DNA from: Gammaproteobacteria bacterium | GTDB taxonomy: Bacteria > Pseudomonadota > Gammaproteobacteria > Steroidobacterales > Woeseiaceae | Direction of reading: 5' to 3' | Length of the DNA: 64,000 bases | NCBI GenBank assembly: GCA_029861535.1 | Contig: JAOTZC010000006.1 | Coordinates: forward strand, 877-64,876 | Shown here: in pieces, positions 45,441 through 54,727 of the stretch | Layout of the letters: each line of letters opens with the position of its first letter | How positions within the stretch are numbered: the first letter of the stretch is position 1 | Position numbers and translations under genes: made by a program | Notes under the pieces: generated by a model | The model's input: the letters and a program-made list of their open reading frames with translations, nothing else | Told to the model about the DNA's origin: nothing | The model's database searches: none

Positions 45441-47822
45441 TTAGAGCGTAATCTCTACTCGCGGTCCTTCCTCGCCATCACTCTCGACAGTTGGCCGACA
45501 GCGAAATAGGCGCTCGCCGTCCACTGCGTGCTCAACCGTAAGATAATCATGAATTGCCGCGCCGCGTGCCTGGGCAAGCTCAAAGCGTTCGGCCTCGAAT
45601 GTCGGCAAATCGGCAATCTCTTCGGTCCCAGCCTCTGCAACCGGCGGCATTTGAGCCCTGAGATAGTCCAAGTCTTCCGCCGTAGATATGCCGCAGAAGG
45701 TGATGCTCAGACTCGGACGTTCCGACAACAGCTGTGCGATTTTCTCGAGATATTCGCGCGCTTGCGCCGTAAGTTGCTCGTCTCCTGCGTCAAATAGCAC
45801 CGGTTCGAATCTGGGACGTGACGCTCGCCCAGCTATTTTTGCAACGAATAAGATCGTCCCAAGTGGCTGCAGCGTTTTTGTTACATAGCTTAATGCAGCC
45901 TGCTGCACCGCTTTTTGCGTGGCGGCACGGAGAATGTCGCCAGTCCCAAACTTGGGATCTTTGATGCTTCCGGAGATCGGTAGCTCGAGCTGAATGCGAT
46001 CATCGCTGTCTCGCAATAAGTCAAGCGCGACATCCAGCGGCATCGCCATACCTTCGCCCAGCAAGTCTTTGTCACCGGCGGACTTATCCGACAGCTTGAG
46101 CTTCTCCAACAGCACTGAATTTTCGACATCCAGTGCATCGCCGGCCATTTTGGCGTGAGATTCGAGTGACAGCCGGCCGCGCTGGACATGGTAGCGAGGC
46201 AAGTAGGGGGACAGCTGAGTAAGATCGAAGCGCTTCAAGGACATCGTTAAGTCCCCGCTGCGCTGTTTGTCAAACCAGCGGAAATCGCCCTCACCGATGA
46301 AGGACGCCGAGTCGTCCTGCTCCACATCAAACACGATGTGCGCGGATTGCTGCGGGTCAACGTTGCCGAAGCCCATCAGCCGCAAATTCTTCACCACGAA
46401 CTGGCTCGAATGAGGCGGTGCGACCGCCGTATCGCGAAAATGAACGCGGCTATCACCGCCGATATCAAGTTGATCGATAAGAAATCGAAAGTCCGTCGTA
46501 TCCGCCGTACTGACTTCCCCCCGTGGTGCTGCAGATTCGTCTGTGCCCTCCTTCGGTACCTGCGCGAAATCACTGAGAATTTCGGAGACCAGCTTGATTT
46601 TCCCGCCTTGTTCGCGTTCCACCTGTACTACGGCGGCGTCAAAGTTCGCTCGCTCGATCGTAACTCTGGCCTGACTCGCGAACTCGATATTGTCCAGAGT
46701 GCTATGACGGATATCGATCGTGGCATTGTCCGCGTCGTCGCTTTGCAGAAGCTGCAACGACTTCATTGTGATGTTTTGAACGTTGATTTGGTCCAAGCCA
46801 TTGATGACGGCATCGTCAATAGTGAGTTCCTGGGCGGACACGAGACGAATCGGTTTGTCGCGATGCCGAATCGTCAGGCCTTCCACAACAACGCCATATG
46901 TACCGGCATAAACCGGCTCGATGTCCGGGTCGCCTGATATTGTCGCAGATACATTACCGGTCCAGACATACCGATCGTTCTGAACGTTCGCCATCGGCAA
47001 GGTGACTGCAACATCGTTGAGGTCTACCGTGCCCGCGGTCTCAATATGAACGGCGCCATCCTGTCCGCGGCGAACCGTCGTTGACAGATCCAGAGACAGT
47101 GCACCGTGTGCATCATTGATCTCGACGGTATCAAGGACTGCTGCGTACGCATCGAAGAGAATTCGGTCAACCGTTACTTTAGAGCTAAGGCTCGATTCCA
47201 GCGCAAACGGCAATGCGTCGGCCGAGATGGTGATGTCGGCGCCGTCCAACTGGAAGTCCGCCACAAGTTCCGACGTGCGCTCGGTTTCCCATGTCGCCAG
47301 ACTATCGAGTGCAATCCGGCGCAATGTCAGTTGGCTGTTTAGAAGCTCATCGCGATAACTGATCTCGACATCTTCAATGGTGGCATTCCTCAATCCGAGG
47401 CCCCAATCTCCGCCCTCATCATTCGGTTCCGAAATCGTTTCCTGTTCCGGTGTCTCGGTTAGCGGAAGACGCAGCCCACCGAACGCGTATCTATCGTCCG
47501 TTAGTTTGCGGATATCGATCTGGCCCCCATTGATCGCCACGTCCAAAAGTAAAAGCCGACGAGCCAGCAGCTTCGTCCATTCAACGTTCGCCACCACAGA
47601 TCCGATTTCGCCGGGCGCACCTGCCGGATCCGAGAATGAAAGTGATTCGATCCGCAACACACCAGTGAACGGGTTGAAGTCTACGTCTTCGATAGCGGGC
47701 TCGGGAACACCCTGAGAACGTAACCAGGCCTCAGCGTATCGCTCGATGCCCATTGGGGCAGTAATGATTAGAGCCGCCACAAATGCGACGACGCAAAGCG
47801 TAATCCACAGTGTCTTATTCAC
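45441..47822 (-). CDS. large membrane-anchored periplasmic protein (DUF748/AsmA-like, tentative)
   Basis: 793 aa with an N-terminal TM anchor (LWITLCVVAFVAALIITAP) and a long beta-rich repetitive body. The family assignment is from memory only. Confidence 0.7.
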   Translation of the reverse strand: MNKTLWITLCVVAFVAALIITAPMGIERYAEAWLRSQGVPEPAIEDVDFNPFTGVLRIESLSFSDPAGAPGEIGSVVANVEWTKLLARRLLLLDVAINGGQIDIRKLTDDRYAFGGLRLPLTETPEQETISEPNDEGGDWGLGLRNATIEDVEISYRDELLNSQLTLRRIALDSLATWETERTSELVADFQLDGADITISADALPFALESSLSSKVTVDRILFDAYAAVLDTVEINDAHGALSLDLSTTVRRGQDGAVHIETAGTVDLNDVAVTLPMANVQNDRYVWTGNVSATISGDPDIEPVYAGTYGVVVEGLTIRHRDKPIRLVSAQELTIDDAVINGLDQINVQNITMKSLQLLQSDDADNATIDIRHSTLDNIEFASQARVTIERANFDAAVVQVEREQGGKIKLVSEILSDFAQVPKEGTDESAAPRGEVSTADTTDFRFLIDQLDIGGDSRVHFRDTAVAPPHSSQFVVKNLRLMGFGNVDPQQSAHIVFDVEQDDSASFIGEGDFRWFDKQRSGDLTMSLKRFDLTQLSPYLPRYHVQRGRLSLESHAKMAGDALDVENSVLLEKLKLSDKSAGDKDLLGEGMAMPLDVALDLLRDSDDRIQLELPISGSIKDPKFGTGDILRAATQKAVQQAALSYVTKTLQPLGTILFVAKIAGRASRPRFEPVLFDAGDEQLTAQAREYLEKIAQLLSERPSLSITFCGISTAEDLDYLRAQMPPVAEAGTEEIADLPTFEAERFELAQARGAAIHDYLTVEHAVDGERLFRCRPTVESDGEEGPRVEITL

Positions 47823-47941
47823 TGAGTGAAAGTCTTCGGCGTTGACGACGGGCGGTCATATCGCTGGCCTGCTCGTTATCCATGACGGACCATCGTATTG
47901 TGAGATGGCCCTACGAGCAATGCCCTCGTTCGTCCCGTTAA

Positions 47942-48901
47942 TCAGTCGATATCGAGGTCGGTCCAAGACACAACAATCGTTTCGTCGATCATGCCGTCCA
48001 GGTCGAGATCGATATCAAGCTGGATATTGATGTTGTCGAGCACAGTAACCAGAACACTGGAGCTACTGTCACTGATCAGCATCTGACCTGAGGACGGATT
48101 ATCGTCACCAATCACGACGAAGTCCTGCAATGTGTCAAATGTGACAGTGCCTTCCAACAAGGAACTGGTCAATGTACCGGCGGTGTTAATGACTTGGGTC
48201 AAAGCGTTCTGATCAAATGTCTCCGTCAGCACATAATCGCTTAGCGTTGCGGTGATGCCGGATTCTTGTACGCTTAGTGAGGCAGTGTCAATAGCGAGAT
48301 TAACGATCACATTGTCATCGCTGCTCAAGTCAAGATCTAGGCTACCGTCTATCGCTGCCGGGCCCGAGATGTCCGTAGCGGACAGATTGTCGAAGCCGAA
48401 AGTTATCGCCAGTCCCCAAGGCGCGATCTGGTTGAATGGATCGCCAGTAACAACCAAGTTGGTGAGCGACGATGCACCGTCGAGCGTCGCACCTGCATCG
48501 GCAAAGAAACACATGCTGAACGCGACATCGAATGTGTCCCCGGTGGATATCGTTAGGTTGTTATCAGCATCATTCCAAGTAACCGTGGCCTCACCGGTAT
48601 CGCAAGGCACGATTTCCGTGAATATGTCGCTGGGCAGCGTCTTTGCGAGGCCGGAATCCGTACCGGCGATAACAGGAAGTCCAATGACATCGACAATTTC
48701 GATTAGATCTATGGTCGCTGTAATCGCTTGCAGAACGTCTGCGGTGATGTCTTGAGCGTTATCGGCTGTGATCGGTAGTGTTACCGCAGGCTGGGGTGGT
48801 GGTGGTGGTGGAGGCGTTCCGCCGCCGCTGCTGCCACCACAGGAAGCCAATTGAACGAAAGCCGCGCTGGCAATGAGCACGGCAACCTGTCGGGTAAACA
48901 T
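47942..48901 (-). CDS. lipoprotein with poly-proline linker, function unknown
   Basis: Start moved to ATG 48901 (MFTRQVAVLIASAAFVQLASCGG, lipobox LASC), with AGGAG 7 nt upstream. GGGTPPPPPPPQP linker and a D/T/S-rich body. Confidence 0.7.
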   Translation of the reverse strand: MFTRQVAVLIASAAFVQLASCGGSSGGGTPPPPPPPQPAVTLPITADNAQDITADVLQAITATIDLIEIVDVIGLPVIAGTDSGLAKTLPSDIFTEIVPCDTGEATVTWNDADNNLTISTGDTFDVAFSMCFFADAGATLDGASSLTNLVVTGDPFNQIAPWGLAITFGFDNLSATDISGPAAIDGSLDLDLSSDDNVIVNLAIDTASLSVQESGITATLSDYVLTETFDQNALTQVINTAGTLTSSLLEGTVTFDTLQDFVVIGDDNPSSGQMLISDSSSSVLVTVLDNINIQLDIDLDLDGMIDETIVVSWTDLDID

Positions 48902-49145
48902 GAGTTTTCTCCTTTGCGGCAATACGTCACTGACTGCAGTCAGGTTTGCCAATTTCGGACGTAAAAAAAGCGTAAGCCCCAAGACGGATCGCGTCAATTC
49001 GGGGATTTACCTAGCACTCGGATCGATTTCCCGACCCACTCAATCGATGAGTTTTTGTCAGCCGATGACATCATCTCAAGTAGTACCAGGTTCGAAGCCA
49101 AGTACTCTGATTCGTCACGTTATAGGGCTCCAACTGACATTCGTC

Positions 49146-50267
49146 CTAGTCGCTCCCCACCACGGTCTGCCAAGCTCGGAAGAAATTACCGCCCATGATC
49201 TTGCCGACGGCCTCGTCGCTATGATCACGCTCAAGTAATTCCATAGCAATCGCACGGAAATTAGCTTCATTACCGAATCCCTTACTCAGCGCCGACGTGC
49301 CACGCAAGTCCGAACCTATGCCAACGTGATCGATACCGCCGATGTCGATCACATATTCGATGAAGTCGACCAGCGCTGCGACGTCTTCGATGTAGCGACC
49401 GTGTGGCCAGATACCAATAACACCGCCGCGGGCCGCAATCGCACGTATCTCATCGTCGCTGACCGCGCGATCCTGTTCGAACATACCGCGGGCACCGCCG
49501 TGGCTGAATATGACTGGGTGCCTGGAGAGCTCCAGTACGTCCATGATCGTCTCAGTATTCGAATGCGCAAGATCAATGACGATGCCGAGCGTGTTCGCCT
49601 CGCGAATGACCTCACGCCCGAATTCTGTAAGGCCACCGGGTGAATACGGATACGTCTGTATGTGTCCCAACTCGTTGGCGCGGAAATGCACAATCTGCAA
49701 CAGTCGCAGTCCTTGCGCATGCATCGCGCGAAAATTATCGATGCTCCCTTCCAGTGCATCCGCACCTTCGAGCGCCGGTAAGACGGCGACATGTCCAGCC
49801 TGTCTTGCCTCAATAACTTGAGTCGGACTGGCCGCATGCACGGCATAACCCAGCTCAATCGTTTTATTGAGTCGCCCCAACCGGTCCATTGCCAGGCTGA
49901 ACGCTTCGCCGGGTTCGGGCTTGTATTCCCCTTTGTCAATCCGGCTGCCGTCGCGATTCGTGTAGCCGCCACTAAACGCCATATCGCTGCTGATATTGGC
50001 CACCACCAAATCCATGTGGTTGCGACGGTAGATATCGATTTCCTCCGCCGTGATGGTCTCGATATTCTCGCGATGAAAACGGCTTGGGTGGGCGTGCATA
50101 TCGGCAAATACGTAGCGCGCATTAATCGCTGCGATGCGAGTATCGACATCGTCGGGAATTTCGATTTTGCCGGTGGCGCAGCCACACAGCACGACGAGCG
50201 CCAAAACCAGTAATGTGTCTCTTGTTATTGTCATTTTTTCGATCACACGTTTCGACGCGTCGAACAT
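49146..50267 (-). CDS. membrane dipeptidase (peptidase family M19)
   Basis: 373 aa with motifs FADMHAHP, ALEGADAL, VIDLAHSN, IFSHGGAR and IDHVGIGSDLRG. The alternative start ATG 50234 gives a lipoprotein signal (LVVLCGC). Confidence 0.9.
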   Translation of the reverse strand: MFDASKRVIEKMTITRDTLLVLALVVLCGCATGKIEIPDDVDTRIAAINARYVFADMHAHPSRFHRENIETITAEEIDIYRRNHMDLVVANISSDMAFSGGYTNRDGSRIDKGEYKPEPGEAFSLAMDRLGRLNKTIELGYAVHAASPTQVIEARQAGHVAVLPALEGADALEGSIDNFRAMHAQGLRLLQIVHFRANELGHIQTYPYSPGGLTEFGREVIREANTLGIVIDLAHSNTETIMDVLELSRHPVIFSHGGARGMFEQDRAVSDDEIRAIAARGGVIGIWPHGRYIEDVAALVDFIEYVIDIGGIDHVGIGSDLRGTSALSKGFGNEANFRAIAMELLERDHSDEAVGKIMGGNFFRAWQTVVGSD

Positions 50268-50367
50268 TACACAAGATCGTGACCATAATTAACGTCAAAG
50301 CAAAGTGCTTTTAAACGATTTCCCATTACAATGCAGTTTGTTGCGCCCACAACAGCAGGTCAGTAAA

Positions 50368-52029
50368 TTGAAAAATAAAACTAAATCAGTGCTTTGTACC
50401 GTATTCCTCATGTTACTTCCGGCCCTTGCTGGCGCCGAAACGGCAATCCACAACGTCGTCGGCTACACCTCAACGAACGATGGCATCCGCGAATTCTCAG
50501 TCCTCGTGTTTGACGATGCAGGCCGAGTTGTTGTGACCGGCGACAGCGCGTTGCTTTCAAATTACCCAAAGGCCAGTCGGATCGATGGCTGGGGCAAGAC
50601 CTTGCTGCCGGGGCTCATCGATGCACACGCGCATCTTTATTGGCAGGGCTTTCTAACCGTTAGCCTAGATATAACGGGCACGCCGAATTTAGACGACGCG
50701 GTTTCACGAATCGCGGCCTACGCCGCGGCGAATCCGCGTAAAGCTTGGATACAGGGCCGCGGTTGGAACCAGGTGCTGTGGCCGGTTAAGGAATTTCCGA
50801 CAGCGTCTGATATCGACGCTGTCGTTGACGACAGACCGGTATGGTTGGGGCGCATTGATGGTCATGCCGGCTGGGCGAACAGCAAGGCACTTGAAATTGC
50901 CGGCATTAATGACGATACGCCCGATCCCATCGGCGGCAAGATCATTCGCGACAGCAGCGGGCACGCAACCGGTGTGCTCGTCGACAAAGCAATGGACAGT
51001 CTCGAGCGGCACCTGCCGACACCGACGAAAGATAACATTCGCGACGCGTATTTAAACGCGATCCAGCTGCTCACGTCGCTCGGCATGACCGGCATGCATG
51101 ATGCCGGCATCAATATTAGCGAGGCGGAAGTGTTGATATCGATGGCTGACGACGCCGAACTCGATATGCGCATCTACGCGATGATCAGTGATGCCGGTAG
51201 CAATCTCGACGCGATTGGTAAACCGCTCCAAGGCTACGGTAATGATCGACTCGACATTCAGGCCGTCAAAATTTACTCGGACGGCGCGCTCGGCAGCCGT
51301 GGTGCTGCAATGATCGAGCCTTACTCCGATGACGTCGAGAATCGCGGCTTGCCGTTTCACACGCAGGACGAACTCGATCGCTACGTCGAAAAATCGAATG
51401 CAATGGGTTTTCAGGTAGGCATTCACGCGATCGGCGACCTCGGCAACCGCATGGCGCTCGATGCGTTTGAGAAAGCTCAGAACGGCACGCCCTCGCCGCT
51501 CAGAAATCGCATTGAACATGCGCAAATTATTTCACTCGAAGACATTCCGCGATTTGCCGAACTTGGCGTCATTGCCTCAATGCAACCGATCCATGCGACC
51601 AGCGACATGAACATGGCCGAAGATCGTATCGGACCGGAACGTATCAAAGGCGGCTATGCGTGGCGGCGCTTACTCGAATCCGGCGCCGTTATCGCGAGTG
51701 GCTCGGACTTTCCGGTCGAGCTGCCGAATCCATTCTTAGGATTGCATGCCGCCGTGACACGCCAAGATCGAGATCGGTTGCCGGAATTCGGCTGGTACGC
51801 CGATCAAGCGCTGACACGCGCCGAGGCATTGCATTCATTCACGCTGGCGGCGGCGTACTCCGCGCATCAGGAAGACCGTATGGGCAGCCTCGAAGACGGC
51901 AAATGGGCCGATTTTATTATTGTCGATCGCGATTACTTCAATATACCGGCGTCCCAAATCGACGACATCAAAGTGCTGCAGACCTGGGTCGGCGGCCAGC
52001 GTGTTTACGAAAGGCTCGTGGAGGACTAA
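50368..52029 (+). CDS. amidohydrolase family protein (Amidohydro_3 / YtcJ-like), paralog of 7170-8921
   Basis: LIDAHAHLY, GIHAIGD, RIEHAQ and SGSDFPVE motifs. The start is uncertain: in-frame TTG 50368 gives the signal peptide KNKTKSVLCTVFLMLLPALAGA, while the track starts at 50305. Confidence 0.85.
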   Translation: MKNKTKSVLCTVFLMLLPALAGAETAIHNVVGYTSTNDGIREFSVLVFDDAGRVVVTGDSALLSNYPKASRIDGWGKTLLPGLIDAHAHLYWQGFLTVSLDITGTPNLDDAVSRIAAYAAANPRKAWIQGRGWNQVLWPVKEFPTASDIDAVVDDRPVWLGRIDGHAGWANSKALEIAGINDDTPDPIGGKIIRDSSGHATGVLVDKAMDSLERHLPTPTKDNIRDAYLNAIQLLTSLGMTGMHDAGINISEAEVLISMADDAELDMRIYAMISDAGSNLDAIGKPLQGYGNDRLDIQAVKIYSDGALGSRGAAMIEPYSDDVENRGLPFHTQDELDRYVEKSNAMGFQVGIHAIGDLGNRMALDAFEKAQNGTPSPLRNRIEHAQIISLEDIPRFAELGVIASMQPIHATSDMNMAEDRIGPERIKGGYAWRRLLESGAVIASGSDFPVELPNPFLGLHAAVTRQDRDRLPEFGWYADQALTRAEALHSFTLAAAYSAHQEDRMGSLEDGKWADFIIVDRDYFNIPASQIDDIKVLQTWVGGQRVYERLVED

Positions 52030-52032
52030 GCC

Positions 52033-52824
52033 GTGCTCGTTGAACAGGTCTGGACCGGCAACGCGTATCGTAACTTCAATTACCTGATCGCCTGTCCCGA
52101 GACCGGCGATGCGCTGGCGATTGACCCGCTCGATTACTCGAAATGCCTTGCGGTTGCCAAGGACAAGGGCTGGACGATCACGCAAATCTTAAACACACAC
52201 GAGCATGGCGACCATACCGGCGGCAACTCAGGCATGGTCAAAGCAACCGGCGCAAAGATTATTGCTCACAAGAACGCCGGCAAGCGTATTCCTAACATGA
52301 GCCGCGGCGTTGGTGCTGGTGACGTCATTCGGGTCGGCAAATCGGTGGACCTTGAGTGCCTGGATACGCCCGGCCACACGATGAGCCATATCTGTCTGTT
52401 GTCGAAAACGGACCAGCCAGCGCTATTCTGCGGCGACACGATGTTCAACGCCGGCGCCGGTAATTGTCACAACGGCGGACATCCGGAAGAGTTGTATGAG
52501 ACCTTCGACCGGCAGCTGCAAACGCTCGATGACAACACGCTGATTTATCCCGGCCACGACTACCTGATCAACAATCTGAAATTTACGCTGGACCGCGAGC
52601 CTGATAACGCGACGGCAAAACAGATGATCACGGATTACGAGGATCAGGATCCAAACGATGCGCTGGTCACGACCATCGGCAAGGAACGCGAGATAAATAC
52701 GTTTTTTCGTCTCGACAGCCCGACCGTTATCGAACGCCTGCAGCAGCAGTTTCCGGAGATCGGCGACACGCCGGATCAGCGTAGCGTGTTTCTAAAACTG
52801 CGCGAGCTTAGAAATAGTTGGTAA
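52033..52824 (+). CDS. gloB: hydroxyacylglutathione hydrolase (glyoxalase II)
   Basis: 263 aa with the metallo-beta-lactamase motif THEHGDHTGG, plus TPGHTMSHI, CGDTMFNAGAGNC and YPGHDY. Length and order match GloB. Confidence 0.9.
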   Translation: MLVEQVWTGNAYRNFNYLIACPETGDALAIDPLDYSKCLAVAKDKGWTITQILNTHEHGDHTGGNSGMVKATGAKIIAHKNAGKRIPNMSRGVGAGDVIRVGKSVDLECLDTPGHTMSHICLLSKTDQPALFCGDTMFNAGAGNCHNGGHPEELYETFDRQLQTLDDNTLIYPGHDYLINNLKFTLDREPDNATAKQMITDYEDQDPNDALVTTIGKEREINTFFRLDSPTVIERLQQQFPEIGDTPDQRSVFLKLRELRNSW

Positions 52825-52877
52825 CACGCCGTGTAATAGGTGGTACGGTCTCTGAATTCAGCCACTAGTGGCCAAAA

Positions 52878-52905
52878 GAAACCGCGCTATTGGAGCCGCG
52901 GTTTC
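52878..52905. terminator. hairpin between convergent genes (bidirectional terminator candidate)
   Basis: GAAACCGCG-(10 nt)-CGCGGTTTC, with 9-bp perfect arms. A 12-bp palindrome GCCACTAGTGGC lies at 52861-52872 just upstream. Confidence 0.5.
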
Positions 52906-52943
52906 CAGATTTGCTGACATCGCGTGTAAATCAGCCGTCATTA

Positions 52944-53846
52944 TCATCCATCGTCGAACTTCGCAGCAAACGTTGCCGCTATGACACCATAGCCGGTCGG
53001 ATTAGCGTGGATGTTCGGGCCGACAGGCGGTGGGACGCACATGTACGTCAGTTGACAAATGATCGCAACGTTAAGCGGTATCATGAACGGACTATCCGGA
53101 GTCGGAAAAGGAACCAGCGTCGCAAACTCATTCGACTGGTACGCCCCAGCTACGTCCGCCACAGGAATACCGAAGGCCCCGTAAACACCGAGGCCGGTGT
53201 CAGCCGAACCGAGCACGAGGTCATTCAGAATGCTCGCCAGGCCCGCTGACTGCATGGCCAAATCCATGCCATCCGGTCCGGTTAACCAGGCGGCCAGAAA
53301 CGTATTGTAGTAATTCATGCCAATGATGGGTGTTTCGGGATCCGCGGCCTCGCGTAATGCTGCCAGGATCACAGGCATGTTGTTGGAGATTTGAGCAAGC
53401 GCGTCGAATATGCAGTTGAGATTCACTTCGGTGCCATCAATGCAGTCGGCTGAAATGACATCATTAATGCCCATATCAATCGTGATGAGCTCCACCTTGT
53501 CCTTGTGGGCGTGTAAGAAATTGACGGCTTCTGCAAGCTGAGCTCCCTTCGGATAGGTGCAGATCCCACCTGCCATCATGGTCACGGTCGTCTCTCCGGG
53601 GCAGCCGAGCTTAACGAGCCGAATCTTGCGAAATTGTGGCTCAATGATGTCAAATAGCTGGTCCGGATAGCCGTCATTGGTGCGCTGATTGTCGCCTTCG
53701 GCATCGGGTTGAATCCCGACGGAGAGCGACGTGCCTACTGACACATAGTAACGAACTCCTTCGTTTTCAGCCGCAGCGATGGCTGGTATTGCCAGGAGCA
53801 ATACTGCCAGCCAACTAAATCGAAAATTTTTCGTCTTGATAGTCAT
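52944..53846 (-). CDS. SGNH/GDSL-type hydrolase (lipase/esterase), secreted
   Basis: Start moved to ATG 53846 (MTIKTKNFRFSWLAVLLLAIPAIAAA), with GGGGAGA upstream. Block I-like VGTSLSVG and block III GINDV are present. Confidence 0.8.
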   Translation of the reverse strand: MTIKTKNFRFSWLAVLLLAIPAIAAAENEGVRYYVSVGTSLSVGIQPDAEGDNQRTNDGYPDQLFDIIEPQFRKIRLVKLGCPGETTVTMMAGGICTYPKGAQLAEAVNFLHAHKDKVELITIDMGINDVISADCIDGTEVNLNCIFDALAQISNNMPVILAALREAADPETPIIGMNYYNTFLAAWLTGPDGMDLAMQSAGLASILNDLVLGSADTGLGVYGAFGIPVADVAGAYQSNEFATLVPFPTPDSPFMIPLNVAIICQLTYMCVPPPVGPNIHANPTGYGVIAATFAAKFDDG

Positions 53847-54123
53847 GATGCTATCTCCCCTTGGTTGAGCGCCGATTGGATTTCGGCGAGGCTCAAACTT
53901 ATGAAATCCAAGCGCAATATTGATGATCCTAGGTTGATTAATTCCTAATGAATCTATGCCGGAATTATGATCGTCGCTAAGACGTGGCGAGGATCGCCGT
54001 TCTTGTCGTACGAAGTGGTATTCCCACACGCGCGGAGAAGACCGTCAATCAGAGGAATATCTGATTGTTGTAGGGACTTTTATAAGTGTCCGCGTCAGGT
54101 CGACAGCGGACGCGCCTAACGCA

Positions 54124-54495
54124 CTATCGATGCTGATCGATAAGAATCTGATTACCGTCGGGGTCGGCAAGCATTAAACTCGCTGGACCGGATGTCGATT
54201 CGTCAGCTTCACTACCGAGCGCAATGCCTCGATGCTTCAACTCGCGTTGTAGCTCGCGCACGTCGGTGAACGAGTCGAGTTCGTTGCCGCCTTGGTCCCA
54301 ACCGGGATTGAACGTCAGTATGTTTTCTTCAAACATACCCTGGAAAAGGCCAAGTACGTGATCGCCATTTTTGAGAATCAAATAATTTTGTTCTTGATCG
54401 CCGCCAAATGATTCGAACCCAAGTTTCTCATAGAAATCCTTTGATGCGGCCAGGTCTTTGACGGCAAGACTCACCGAAAACGCTCCCAAATTCAT
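54124..54495 (-). CDS. VOC (glyoxalase/bleomycin-resistance) family protein
   Basis: 123 aa reading [27 protein letters not shown]...DPDGNQILI. Confidence 0.85.
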   Translation of the reverse strand: MNLGAFSVSLAVKDLAASKDFYEKLGFESFGGDQEQNYLILKNGDHVLGLFQGMFEENILTFNPGWDQGGNELDSFTDVRELQRELKHRGIALGSEADESTSGPASLMLADPDGNQILIDQHR

Positions 54496-54710
54496 GTTTC
54501 ACCCTCTGGTTCTAAGGAATTAGCCCGTATCTTAGCAGGTCGGATTCTTGAAGGACGACTCCTTAAGCTAACGTACCCAATGGTAAGTTCAAGGATCAAT
54601 TTGGGGCTTACGCCGCCATTGGAATAAGACTAGATCACGCCGAGTGGAATGGCCGTTTTGGGTTGCAAACAGACATGAGATCCAGTCCAGACGATAGCCG
54701 CAACGTGTCC

Positions 54711-54727
54711 GCTAACGGCCAGAAGCG
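54711..54727. repeat. 17-bp direct repeat GCTAACGGCCAGAAGCG, copy 1
   Basis: Identical to 56781-56797. It overlaps the last codons and the TAG stop (54714-54712) of the 605-aa gene. Confidence 0.9.

Noticed and set aside
48795-48809. (GGT)5 tract encoding the poly-proline linker, as a phase-variation switch.
   Set aside because: Triplet units keep the reading frame, so slippage would only change linker length. Five units is short for efficient slippage.
49349-50185. Long antisense or alternative-frame ORFs: 49349-50185 (278 aa), 7203-7847, 1872-2417, 16281-16823, 26800-27402, 11382-11936, 20062-20604, 20513-20923, 46338-46937 and 48252-48755, plus many shorter ones.
   Set aside because: Each lies entirely within a gene whose product shows strong family motifs on the other strand or frame. 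Their translations are Arg/Ser/Ala/Pro-rich with no motifs, as expected for shadow ORFs in moderately GC-rich DNA.
54711-54727. The 17-bp repeat as an integron attC / cassette boundary.
   Set aside because: The minus-strand reading contains GTTAGCC and GTTACAT, which do not fit the GTTRRRY core. No inverse core or attC-like imperfect palindrome is evident, and no integrase gene is in the window.
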